Shown here piece by piece: positions 1 to 13,100 of a stretch of DNA of 64,000 bases. Made by a program: the position numbers and the translations under genes. The DNA is taken from positions 6,313,705 through 6,377,704 of the forward strand of contig CM082587.2 in assembly GCA_040954595.2 (NCBI GenBank), written 5' to 3'. The stretch comes from Balanoglossus misakiensis. Taxonomy: Eukaryota; Animalia; Hemichordata. The notes beneath the pieces are model-generated. The model saw nothing but the letters and a program-made list of their open reading frames with translations, had not been told where the DNA came from and searched no databases. How positions within the stretch are numbered: position 1 is the stretch's first letter; each line of letters opens with the position of its first letter.

Positions 1-119
1 AATTATGTCGGGGCACAGATATTATAATACCACAGGGGACAACTCCTTTTTCTGTGCTGTGGCATACATGCAGCCGGTCGGCACAGCGTACGTACGTGAC
101 TTCCAGATTGAAAGAAGCG

Positions 120-200
120 ACTTGCGCCGCGCGCCTGTGCGTCTGCGCGCTGAGACTCTGTTGAGACGCCGGAAGTCCGCGCACGTACGTACGTAGTGGG
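120..200. promoter_or_regulatory. CpG-rich putative promoter upstream of the sialyltransferase gene, with an ETS-type CCGGAAGT motif at 169-176
   Basis: Local CpG/GCGC enrichment in AT-rich DNA, 150-230 bp upstream of the inferred ATG at 349. Confidence 0.4.
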
Positions 201-348
201 GGTCGACGTCTTTGTTGACAAGGTTTAAACCATTCATACTGGGAGACCGGCAATATAATATGTATCGAGGTAGCAGTATTGCGATAACATTTCTGGGATG
301 AGGTAAAAGCGGCGAGTTGGTGAGACGTTGGCCACAGAAAAGTTTGGA

Positions 349-3300
349 ATGAACAATCAGTCGCAGAAATGGGTGAGTGAACCACGATTTCACACAGAGC
401 TTCGCACATGATCATGATATGATACGTACACAGCCATTAATTTCTCTTTGTCGATCTTCCAGCGTTGTAGTTATGCTTGGCCGGCTGTGTGATGCATGCT
501 GTTTACCGGCTGTGCCCCTCCCCCCCCCGTCGTTTTGTGTGCATTTCTCTCCCCCCCCCCCTCTCTGTTGATTTAGGAGGGGGGGGGGGTGCAGAAGTAC
601 GCAAGCTTGAACTGCAGATCAAACTTGACCCACCGGCCCCACTACAAAGCCCGCATTGAACTCGGTCACTCGGTTGGATTCTGTTGACAAAAGATTAAAG
701 GGGTAAAAGTCGCTCTCTTTTTGGGGTCAATTTTGTATGCCTCGAAAATTTTTCTATGTTGACTTCTTGAAACATCTTAATATGTTTAAATGCTGGCAGA
801 CAGACTATATGTACGCATGCACAGGTGCATAAATAAAAATCAGATGTAGGGAACGGCGACGTGCTGTCGACAGCATAAAAAAAAACACATCACCGTTCCC
901 TACATCTGATTTTAATCAGATTGGCACAGGTGGATCATATTGGACTGTTAAAAATCTTTGCCTGAATGCCTTTTTAAGGGTTGATCTACCGATAGACTAC
1001 ATCATCACTGATGGCTAATTTTCTTGCTGGTCTTAACTTTTTGCAGGGACACAAGAGTTGTCTTGCGCTGGTCGTTGTCATGGTGATCACCACCACTAGT
1101 TTGATTTACTCGTTCACGGTCAACTCGTACGCAGGCCCTTTTTATAAAAAACAAAAACAACCTGAGGCCAATCAGTCGGAGGGGGCATTGCCAACGGTAA
1201 GGAACAACGTGAAGTATGTGGATCTAAGTGGCGTTGTGTCTATTCTTGAGCCAGATAAGGTAAGCTGTATATCCAGGTTAAAGGGCCACGATGCTGTATA
1301 TGAAAGAGATCATTTTGTCTGTGACATGTATACGAAATGTCCACTTCTCGACCAACTTGGTTGGCAGCATACAGTCTAAAACTTATGTAACAATATGCAT
1401 TCAGGCACTTCCCTTCAATGTCTACTATGACTCGCTCGCTTGATTTAGAGTTACCTACCTCTAAATTTTTCATTGAATGTTTAATCTAGTCTGTCTGCAG
1501 TTTGTGTTCAGCAGACCAATATTTTTTTCATGTTTCAAGAAGTCAAACGGGATAGACAACTTTTTTTTGGAATCAAACGATATTGTCCCTTTAATCAAAC
1601 AATATTGTCCCTTTAAGCAGCCAGAAAATAATCTCTTGTATCAATCAATCTTCATAGGTTCTTAATAAGCGCTACGATGACTGTGCCATCATCTCAAGCT
1701 CGGGTCACATGTCCAAGTCGAAGGCCGGTCCCGATATCGACAAGAGCAGCTGTGTATTCCGAATGAACAATGGTCCCGTAAGGGGTTTCGAGGCAGACGT
1801 GGGCCACCGAACGACAGTGCGCGTGATAGCGCACTCCGCCGTACGAGATGTTACCGATTCCAAAACCCAACTACTGTTGGGCAGTGCTCGGCCAGAAATC
1901 TGCGTTATCTGGGGGCCGGAGTATTCCATGAAAGAAGAGGGGGGTATTGCATACAAAGGTGCCGCAGCCTTGGCAAAAGAGTTTAAGGACATTGAATTTT
2001 ACATGCTTACTCAAAAACAGATGAACCGAACAGATTTAACTTATGAGATAGAGACTGGTAAGCCAAGGTAAGTACAAACATATGATTGTCTCTTTGCTTT
2101 TTTTATAAAAGTCTATTTTTATCGAGTATAACAGTCCCATAGGACTCAGCTGTCAACGTTATGATATATGAAATGTATACTGTAAGGCAACTGTACAATA
2201 CTGCTGGTCAGGCTACAGTGACTGTGGGTTGTCTGAATGTAGTTACCCATATTGTTCAAATATGACCTCGTTTGCTGAAGCTGAACACAAAGGATAATGA
2301 ATGTGTAGAGGAGAAAAGGGACCCTTTTTTCAATCATTCACCATATATTCAATATGAACCCATGTGGGCGTGGTAAATTACCATGTACAGAGTGCTCAAA
2401 TATACTGGTAATGGAATTTGAAACACAAGTCAGGGTAATTTATGTTAAAGCCCCAATAACTGCCATTTTTTTTGCATTATTTTCATGATTTTATTTTAAA
2501 ACTTAGAATGGTCCATTTAAATTGAGATAAGTGATGGGTAAACACAAACAAATTATCAACCTCTGATTGTTGCTGTACATTGAAATATGAACAAGTTAAA
2601 GAATATATGGGTGCCACACCCATTTTTTCAACCGCCCATTTTAAGAGTACACAACTATCATGTATGTGCAGTGACTAGACCACATCAAAGATAGATTACA
2701 ACATGCGTATTCAAATGATGCTTCTCTACAGGGCTATTTACTTTTTTTTAATTTGAAACCCCTGCAGATATTTTTAAATGATTTTTTTCTTCTTCACACA
2801 GACAAGACACTGGTTCATGGCTCAGTACTGGGTGGTTTACGATGATCATGGCAGTGAATATGTGCAATAGTATCCGGGTATATGGAATGGTGGAGGAGGA
2901 CCACTGTCGGTCAGTATATATCGCTTTTTTGTTCAAGAATTGTTGATATTCTGCTGCCTACATAGCCATAGGTTTCCACTGCATTTGCTCCAGACATCCA
3001 GGAATGTACGAAAAATTCAGGGATGTACAAAGTCTAGCTTTTTTGGCAGAATGGTTTTGCCAGGCAGGCATGTCTTATTCTGAATTTTTTTTCAGTTTCT
3101 GATGAGAATATATTGCTCAGATATGACTGAGGCACTGTACCGTAAAACACCTGTTCAAAAAACCACAATGGTTACCTGATGGTTGTGTTTGGCTGATTGA
3201 TTGCACGTCACATACAGTCGCCAAGTGAACGTTTGAACTTTTTTTGTATCGGGGGATTATTAATCATTCATGCCTGAAGTCCTCTGAAAGTTTGTGTGAG

Positions 3301-3788
3301 TGTATATATGTATGTGTGTCACATGTGTTTCCTACCAAAGTGCTTAAAAAATGTCTACCAGTGAGTTGTACATGTAGTTGACTTTATGCTCTTCTTGTGT
3401 CAGGACCATCTCTGATATGGTAATATCATTCAGAATTAGTTGGAAGAGCATAGCATCGTACACATGTACATTGTACTGCAAACAATAGTGCCAAAGTCGT
3501 AGAATTATTGAAAACTATATCACTGTTCTGTCCAAATGCAAATTAACTAGCTGTTCTTCTTACAGGAGAAATCCAAACAGTGCAGTACCCTACCACTACT
3601 ACGAACCGACCGGATTGAAGGAATGTACCCTGTACAACAGAATGGAGGCGGCCAGCAAGAACAGACATCGTTTTGCTTTAGAGAAAAGCATCTTCGCTAA
3701 ATGGGCACCTATTTACAATATCACTTTCCACTACCCAGAGTGGGAGAATCCCAGTTCAGCGGCCGGAGGTGTCGATACGAACCGGTAA
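349..3788 (+). CDS. ST6GALNAC: Alpha-2,6-sialyltransferase (GT29), ST6GALNAC3/4/5/6 family; exons 349-372, 1047-1259, 1658-2067, 2802-2909, 3566-3788
   Basis: Type II TM (CLALVVVMVITTTSLIYSF); sialylmotif L (CAIISSSGH...IDKSSCVFRMNNGPVRGFEADVGHRTT); motif S (SWLSTGWFTMIMAVNMCNSIRVYGM); motif III (PYHYYE); VS (HRFALEK). GT-AG phases are consistent. The first mini-exon is the least certain part. Confidence 0.92.
836..914. repeat. Short inverted repeat/hairpin (AAAATCAGATGTAGGGAACGG...CCGTTCCCTACATCTGATTTT), probable mini-MITE remnant in intron 1
   Basis: ~21 bp perfect arms, extending imperfectly, around a short spacer. Confidence 0.65.
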
Positions 3789-5891
3789 TCACTTACTATA
3801 ACAAACTACCTTTTTGGACCATCTACTTTTTAAAATATTTATTTTAAATTCCTTCCGGAAACATATTTTTTCTCAGATTGTAGACATTTGCTGCTTGTAT
3901 ACTCAATCTTAAGCATCCATATGGACCCATTTTAACTGTTTTATCTCTCAGATGTTAAAAAAAGTGGCCAGATTGGATCCCTTTCCATACCCATCCCCAT
4001 TCAGCAACAAACTTCCTTCTTATTACGGATTTCTGACTACTTTTGCATGTAGCCACACACCTGGCCAGTTAACAAATCAAAAATGTACTTTGTCGATAAT
4101 GTAAGCAATTTTAATGGTGCCGGTAAACGGATATTTATACCCAACTGCAACAAACATTTTAAATTAAATCAGGCATTTTTGTTGTTGATTTTAGTGAACC
4201 TACACTTTTACATGAATAATCCATAAGAACATGGATTTTAATATTTATTTCATGAAAATTAAACATTTTAAGGAACATTAATTGATGTTTAACAAATTCT
4301 ACTGATTCTTTTTGGAATATCACATAAAATTGTCTCATTTAGAGAGGCATGTTATTATGCTTTGAAGTTTGAAACAAACATTTAACATGATTGAAATAAA
4401 AAAGGGACAGGTGAATCACAAACACTGCCCTTAGACCAGAGTGGAGATCTTTTTTATACTCCGAGAACTTAAACAATACAGGGACTCACATTTAATAAAT
4501 ATTTGAGAGTGAGATAGATCAGTGCAGCTGATCACCACTTTTATGACCTTTTACATCCTAGCGTTCTGTTGGTATGAGTTAACCATTTTGAGTATAAACT
4601 TTCACTGCCATTTTGAGCCTCAAAGTTCCATCACAATGTTTCGGGCTGTGGGCTTCTCTTTGTACTGCAAATTTCTACACTCATTTTGTGCCATCATAGA
4701 CGAGCCTGTCTAGTTTTTATTTAATGATATCTTAGAAGTCGTATTAAAACCAAGAGACTGGACAATACATGGTAACTTTCAGTATTTTTAATTTCTTGAT
4801 GGTGATTGATGCATGTTTTGTAGTATTTATCTTATTACAGGAACAAACTGTAATACTGATTTACTCCGGTGATATTCGATCAAGGACGTTAGCTGTAACT
4901 CTGGCTATTTTTATAAACAGTATTTCCTTGTTTTGACAAGAGGGTCCTGGTTCTGCTTCCTTGTCATTTGTTGACAAATGAGATCAAGCAAGGACCTTAC
5001 TTTTAAAAGCAACAGAAAATAGCTAGGTTCTAAATGCAACTGTTTTATGCGCAGGTGTCATCAGCTGATAAATGGGCACATTTGATTACATACAAATGTG
5101 AAATTTGACCTATTTTTATGAAATTATTTTTTGAAGAGTTACAATTCTGAATGTATGCACACAAGAGCCGTCTCATGGGTTGTGTGCAGTCATCAGATCG
5201 TGAATGTAGAAATATGAGAACTTATTATCAAAGTTTTATTTGCATGGAATTTCATCAAAACATTCAGTATTAAATAACTGTCAAAGAAACCCAATGTTCC
5301 TTTGTTTGATTTTTGGGGTGCATCAAAGTGGGAAAAGATAAGCATCAATTTTTTCTCTCACTCTCTTGAATACTAGTGTTTCTCAATTGTGTTCTGGAGG
5401 TTTAACTAGTAGAAAGAGGAACGTGGGAAACACTTGTATTAAAAATCAAACCCATATTTCGTGTGTTGCACACATGAAGTCCAGTGTATTGATGTTTATT
5501 TGCACAATTACCACTGAGGGCGCTATTTCCCTACCTGGCAAAAACAAACATCCTCACAAAATTTCCCCATTTTAAAGATGAAACATGGCAAATACACCAT
5601 TTAGTTTCTGATATGCAATTTCACATCTGTTGAAACAACTGATGTGCCAATAGGCCTACTCGACAATAAAACTCTGCTTCCTCAGTGGGCAATGCTCTGT
5701 GCCCACCAGGTGTTGAAGATGTCATACGACAGTGGTACGTACTGTTTATACATATACGCACAGATAAAAAATGTGCACCTGCATATTTCTCTGCTCATTT
5801 CACACATGGTTTGGTTTGTACCGTAGTACAACATTTTAAAAATTCTGGGTTTCAACTATATTGCTATACTATATCTGAGGTTTTGGATTCA

Positions 5892-8800
5892 TCATATTTT
5901 GATCAGCGACATGGACGTTGATAATGCAGCAGCTATGAAGACACTGAAGGCCATGACAAATGCTACAGGTAGCTTGGTTATGAGTTCACTCTGCAAGGAT
6001 AAAAAAAAGAATAGAATTTTGATGTTAAAGATATGCAGGAATAGGGTGAAAGGGTCAGGGTCACAAAGAAAAAAAACCCCTCTCAGTACGCAACCTACCT
6101 TTTTCTTATCTTCTTTGTAATATTTTGGAAATTGCACAGCGTATTTCAGCTGGGTTTGGCTGTACTTGGCTTTGCCTGGGCTTTCCTTAGGAGTCCTGCT
6201 GGGTTTTTCCAGACTAAGCGTTGTTAAATTCAGTTCAACATTTCGCACAGAACCAAAGAAGTCTGTGATCAAGACGTGATTGATGTTTCTGGAGAAAAGA
6301 TCCGTCCTCCAACCAACAGTCGAAATGCATTTACTCTTGGGACAAACTTGGAACTGCAAATGAAGTTAATGTGAAAAAAAATCATGTTATGATTAATACC
6401 CAAAACACCAAAAGCTGATACTAGTATAATATTCTGTGTATGTGCCTGCTACCTGTGATTCCGTTCAGCAAAACTTCTAATACTCACCAGTTCTCCCAGG
6501 GTATTTTGACTCGTCGGGTGGACGTTCTCAAGGAACTCCAGAAGGTAGTATGTGAATCTATCAATGATGTAGACACCAATGGCTGGATCAACATGATGCT
6601 GTGATAAGAAGAAATGGTGTAGGTTGTTTTCTCTTGCTAAAAGATCAGGTTGTAGCCCCGATATTTGACAATAGTGTTTCTCTTAAGATGTTTGTGTGTA
6701 ACCCAAACATTTTAGAACTGTAAGTGTTCTTGTACACATACTTGAAAACTGTGGCCACACAAAAGCACTCTCCTAATGCATAGAATTATCCTACTTACTG
6801 ACAAGGAATCCTCTCCGACCTGACTGCTGGCTACGGCCACAACATTGGGCGAATAGAACTGCTGGTACATAGACGCCGCCTGGCAGGTGTCAATTATGAA
6901 TAAAATCTCATGGTATCTGAAATGCAGAAGTGAGAAAATCTACATTTAGCATACGGTACACATCAAAATGCAAATCTGAGCATCTTTTTCCCTTTTGTCT
7001 ATAACCTGTTTCACGTTCTGTATGTGATGTCTATGTCTCATGTTTAACAATTCATCCCGTTTCCCTGTATAATGGTCCAGCATTTCAATCAAAAACAATG
7101 GAGTTGGACCAAACCATGGTGGTAAAAGGATTAAGTTGTATATTTTTCATGCGTATTGTTAGACTCTCATGGAGGATCACACAGACTACAAAAAACTACC
7201 ATTTAATACCACGTATGTACATGAAAGGCTTGCCTTCTTTTTTGCCACATTTGCTCAAATGCGTCCGCTAGCTCTATGCTGGAAATCTCTTCAGCGTCTT
7301 GGAATTTCAAGAACCCATCACCTCCGTGACCTGAACAAGGGAACAATATAACATGATGTGGAGCTGTCACTTAACTGAAATTCATATTCTCTCCCATTGG
7401 GAGATCGTCATCTGTCAGATGCTCTACATCAAACTATCCTTCACACGTTTGCAGTACCATGATACAATGGTGGTATCAAGTCCTAGTATACTATAATCTG
7501 AGACAACTTACCAGTCATGTACACTAGAATATTACTTCTGTCGTCTGACTGAAGTCGCTTTGATTTGGTTGCACTTTCTGGCAATCTGCCAGTCAGAACC
7601 CTCACAAAGTTTTCCACGGTCACCTACAGGATTGAAATAACTGATTTTCACTTGGGGACACTGTGATGAAGTTGGTTTGTTTGTACACAAGATGCTGTAG
7701 TAGAGTAGTATTATTACTCACATCTTGCTCATGATTTAAGCTCTAGCTAATTAGAAGGTTTAGATAATGTTTACTTTACTTTATTTTATACTGATACTTT
7801 CTACCTCAAACTCTTAGTCTACTCACATCATATCCTCTGTAGTCGACCTCCACATTATCTCCATAGACGTTGATTTGTTGGTTGGCATTGTTGAACACAG
7901 TCGCTGTAAAACAAAGAAAATACAAGTCAGGGTAAATTTTCAAATTGTTCATACATGCCATCAAAGCATTGTCTGTGTACCCACTTTATTTCTCCCAGGT
8001 CTATCTTGTTTCCTTGACATGTTGGTAAAGATTGAAGAGTGAAAATCTGGTGGTTTGACCTTCAGAAGGTTGGGAGAGAAGTCCTGATGGCAATCCCGCT
8101 GGTTCTTACCTGGTCTGGGATTTCTGGCATTGCATGCTATATCATCGGCTAGCATAAGAATAATCTGACTGTCTGGTATACCCAGACGCTTGACAGTTCT
8201 GTACATGGACAGGGAATTGGCTACATGTCGGTAGTTGAACCAGAAGCGTGACGTGCACACCTGAAGGAGTATAAAAAACAATTTCAATGAATTCACAAGA
8301 TTTACAAAATTTCATTGGGGTGACGGTGATCCCAATGAACTTGGGTACCACTAATGTAAAAATGCCATAAGAACAAGGAATAGGTTTCTGGCCAAAGTGA
8401 CACAAAACTGTTTTAAATATGCATTAGGGGTATTACTAATTTGCAAATGTCTATAAAGAAAACTCATGACTGCACATACTGGATAATTTCGGATGCATGT
8501 TGTGTGTGACCCAAACGAAGAACAAGTACACAGAGAAAACTGAATGATTTACAATTAAATAGTACTGACCAACACAGCCCAGTTGTTGGTATGACCACTC
8601 CGAAAAAAACTTTGTGCGTCTGCTTCCTGCGAACAGCAAAAGCAAAAAGAACCATGAATGGCATTAAAAAGCGTGTCAGATTGTTTATGATGATTTTTAT
8701 CACAATGTTTATTTTGATTGCTGATTCACCTGTACTAGTATACTGCCACTGGTTGACAGGTATGTGTAGAAACTACATAGTTGGGCCCTGACATTGACAA

Positions 8801-9335
8801 CAGACAGTGCAATTTTTGGATAAACTGTGATTAATTGCGAGTGATTTTCCGGATACTCAGGCTGTCCAAAAACTGTAAACTTACATGCAGAGAGTGTATG
8901 AGGCAAGGAAATGTGTTTTGGGTGGTTGGGGGCGCTCAAGCGTTGCCGCTTGAAGCACAATCCCTTGAAGTTATGCCCGGTTACAGCGCACCATGCAGCG
9001 TCAGTCTGGTGGGAGTTGGACGCTAGAACCGCAGCTGTGACGTGAAGTGAACTGCACTGGAGCAATGTCAATGCACTACTGTTGAGGTTTTGCCGGTATC
9101 GCGTTGACAACAAACCCAGGGCCAGGCTTACCAATCACCAAACGCCGGGCAAAACGTTAAACTTTAGCGCTAACGCCCGGTGAACGTGTGTGATCACGGT
9201 GCGGCAAACTGGAGGCAATATATTGATGCAAAATGCTGGGGGCAGCTGGGGTTGAAAACTTACCGGAGATGCCACAGTGCCGCAACTTACAACAAGTGAT
9301 AGAACAACCCCAACTAGAACCATGGAAGTCGCCAT
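5892..9335 (-). CDS. PIGK: GPI-anchor transamidase catalytic subunit (peptidase C13, GPI8); ~10 coding exons
   Basis: Spliced product [74 protein letters not shown]; catalytic His ([12 protein letters not shown]) and Cys (IIDTCQA) motifs; FFGSVRNVE; C-terminal TM. Confidence 0.96.
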
Positions 9336-10165
9336 TTTCCCCTTTTATGTAATCCTCGTTCGCAGTTTAGAAATAAAGCGTGAGGGAACATTGCAGCTTC
9401 GAAAGTCTTCTTCGAAATTTTGTCAATACAATCGCTCAATATTTGATTTTAAAATATTATAATAATACGTGACTTGGCATAATTTGAAATAGAGGTCATT
9501 ACTGTGAATAAAATGACGAAAGTCCAAGTAGTATTGCACGAGGTCGATCATTGGTGATAAGTTTATTTTAGCAGGACTTCGTGTTTTGTGAAAAGGGCTT
9601 GCCCCAATGATCTTTAAATTACATTTTTATAGGGAATCAAGACATTTATTTGGTATAAAAAAATTGGCCCACTAAAACTTTAAACCAATTAGACTATCGG
9701 AAATGAACATTGCTTGGTAACCATACACTACTATTAAGCTACATTACAATTGGTCAATGTTCAGTCATGTGATTCATTATCAAACGCCGCCGATTTCCCC
9801 GTTTGTTTGTTTCATTTGAAAGCTACAGATATAGAGATCGCAATATTTGCCCGATTAATGAAGAAGATATCACCATTTTATACGAGAGCAATAAAATGTC
9901 GACTGGTAACTGTAAAAGTATGCCTAAATCCAAACTCCGATACATGTATGAGTGCCCGAAGCCCCGCCCACTTTATATTCACATGTTGTCTGTTTCACAG
10001 TGTTTGTATTCATAATCATTCTGTAATTGTTTGCCCTGGATACGGAGGTCCTAGGCTGTAGTAACGTGGTAGTGGCTTCGTACAGGGGATCCGTTTAGTG
10101 ATCTGACTCACATTTCTGGGGCAATAAACGGCGATACACGGATATCGAAGTGTTATCGTACAAAT
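9336..10165. promoter_or_regulatory. Head-to-head intergenic region, putative bidirectional promoter for PIGK and AK5-like
   Basis: Only 830 bp between divergent ATGs; CCAAT-like and GC-box (CCCCGCCC ~9962) motifs. Confidence 0.6.
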
Positions 10166-13100
10166 ATGACGACCGAAGACACAAAAGCATATCTCTCGGC
10201 GCGGGAAATCCCGCAGCTTTTTGAGGTGAGTTTCGGCGTAAGGGACTCGTCCGTCGACCCGATTGATTCCTACCCGATTCCGTGTGGATGTGATCACAAC
10301 TCACAAACCACCACCGCGATCGACACATATGAATACTGTTTGTGTAACAACGCTGTCATTTTTGCTTGTATGATGTCAACATTGGCATGACATTAATCTT
10401 GAGACAAAATTAATATAAAATCATTTTCAAATACGGTTCCGAGACGATTGTGCCAGCGATCGCCGACCAGATGTGACCCCGGCCCACCGATCGTATATAG
10501 CTATCACATTCTGTATTTTTACATGTACACAACCAAGGTCTAACTGTGATATTATGCGCCGATTTGTCTTCAATCATCAGTATCTTCTACCACACACGAG
10601 TTAGTTGTAGTAACAGAAAACCGTGTTGTTTATATGCATGTACCGGGAAAGGCAGTCAACATGCATCAAAGTGTCAATTTACCATAGGCAGCCGTACAGT
10701 TTTATACGTTCATTCCCATCAGGAACAGTACGCTATTGTAATTATATTTCCAAATAATTTTATTACATAAACGAACTATTTGTTCCCCAAAACATGAAGT
10801 TATCACACATAAAATTTGGAGCGTCGTATCGGCGATCGGCCGAACGTCTCCATGCGATGGAAAGGACACGTCCTTGAGAATGTTTTCAAGAGCGATATCA
10901 GAACTGGTCAACTGTCGTATCGAGTTTCATGTAAACATGGTGATTTCTTTGTCAAAGAGGCGTAAGAGCAAAGAGAGAAATGTTGATTCTTTTCCGCCGT
11001 CGCAACCCATGCAGAAAATGAAATCAAAATAACCACAGAGGCGATGCCATTAATTATGTATATGAACCCAGCGAGTTGTGTAATACATTGTATTGTACGG
11101 TATCAAAGGCCTCTTGGTATGTTAAAACTCTTCACTATACTATTGGAGTGGTGAATTGTATATAGAAATACATGTACAAGCCTTCAAAGTTGGAAAATAT
11201 TTAAGTCTTAGTTCAACTCTGAGATGAAATTGACATTCATATTTAAATTTTAGAATTAACTCAATGTAATTAACCTATCCCAAATCCTATAATCAGATGT
11301 TTACAGAAACAACATGGAATTTGAAAACAGCAATATTATTAATAATAACATTACATGTCCTGAAAAACTCTAATAATATTGATTTGTCAGACACAGAGCC
11401 TGGATATACATGTAATGACAGAGGCTTGACTGTGTTATCTAAAGTGCAAACCTATCTTTGTTTTATATAGCAGTATTAGCTAATCTGATCAGTGATAATC
11501 AATAGTTGTATACATATACTTGAGTGTAAATATCAATATCAGTGTTAGTTGTGCAAACATTAAATCACATGCATGTTGATTTCATTGTACATTCGTCATA
11601 GAAAATACACACATTTTGTTTCTCTTAGATTCAGAAAAATATGAAACTGAGCCACTTAGAAGTTCAGTGAATATCAATTCATCAAAAGCAAACAAAGTCG
11701 GGTGATATCAATTTATTTTGTAGATATAGGACATGAATTAAAACACTTAACTGTCTATAAGTATATACATGAATGTGTGGCAATTTTTCTGTCTTTTAAT
11801 GTGTGGCATTTTGTTGGGAGGGGGTTAATTTTAATAGCTCTGATCCTGAATATGATCCAGGTCAGTTTAAGGTACAGAAATGAATGATTCTAATTTTATC
11901 TGAAAGATGCATAATGTATGAAAGGTAAAAAAATTAAATAAATATCTGTTCACTCAAGGGGTTGTTTAAGAATATGAAGTGTCCCTGTTTCCATGGAGAC
12001 AGGAAATTAAAGTGACGTTAAGGAAATATAGTAATATTACTAAACTATGCGTTGTTGGAACAAGATAGGAAGTGTGCATGGCAGAGGTTATCATTATCAA
12101 GCTGAACAGGATATGTGTAAAAATGAAGTTGATGAAGACTACGTAAAACACATTGACCTGAGCGAAATGTGTGTATTGGCTGCTATTGCTGGTTGGTTCA
12201 AAGTATATTTTACCAGTGCTCAGTATTAGTGTTTAAAAACCCAGAACACCATATCATCACCTTGCATCTCTGATCCATGTTGCGATATTCAGTCTGACAA
12301 CTATCAAAAGAGCCGTACATGCATTGTTATTGCTGACAAATGAATTCCCCTCAGGACCTGAATCATTTTGTCAACAAGAAGAATGTTGTCTACATCGTCT
12401 AACAAGCTGTGTTTACATGCTATACTGGGTGTATCAAAATTGAGAATAGCCATATACTATAGTGTAGATGATACTTGGGCTTTAATTCACAGGTGTGCTA
12501 CATTGTTTGCAATTTGGATAGGCAGTTGCTAGGGTGTGGTACCTTGATTTGCAATCTGTGTACCGGTATCAACAAATCAAAGACAATCATGTCATCCGAT
12601 TATACTGCTACAAATTAGGAGATTTGAGTGTTAGACTTCAAAGTCCACCAGTGACAGCCTCAATTCAAATACACACATGTACCACCATCGCTATAAAACC
12701 AAATTAAGTACAACACGGTTGTGGAGTCACCATTCAGTAACAAAACTTAACTAGGCTAGAATAATACACAACAGTTTTGTGGCGAGTGACCATGAATATA
12801 GAACAAATGCATTGATGTAGTAGCCTTGATGTGTGCCCGGTTGACAATTCTTTTCACTATTATGATCTAAGCCCAAAGATTTCATGACACTTTTCCGTTT
12901 GCCTCGGGCAGATGTGATCATGAAAGAATTTGTGAGAAAAATTAATCAAAATTGCAATTTTGAAAACTGAAAATTCAAGGTACATGTACATGTAATCCCT
13001 TGGTTTGAAAACACAACAACACCAATTTTACTAGTAAAAATTATAATTTGTACACTGTAGTTTCAAGAAAATTACATTGTGTTCCTGTTTGATTGAGATC

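Noticed and set aside
8729-8760. Possible PIGK micro-exon ending at a GTGAAT donor
   Set aside because: Exon 1 joins exon 2 directly with length and phase matching known PIGK; no phase-compatible strong acceptor
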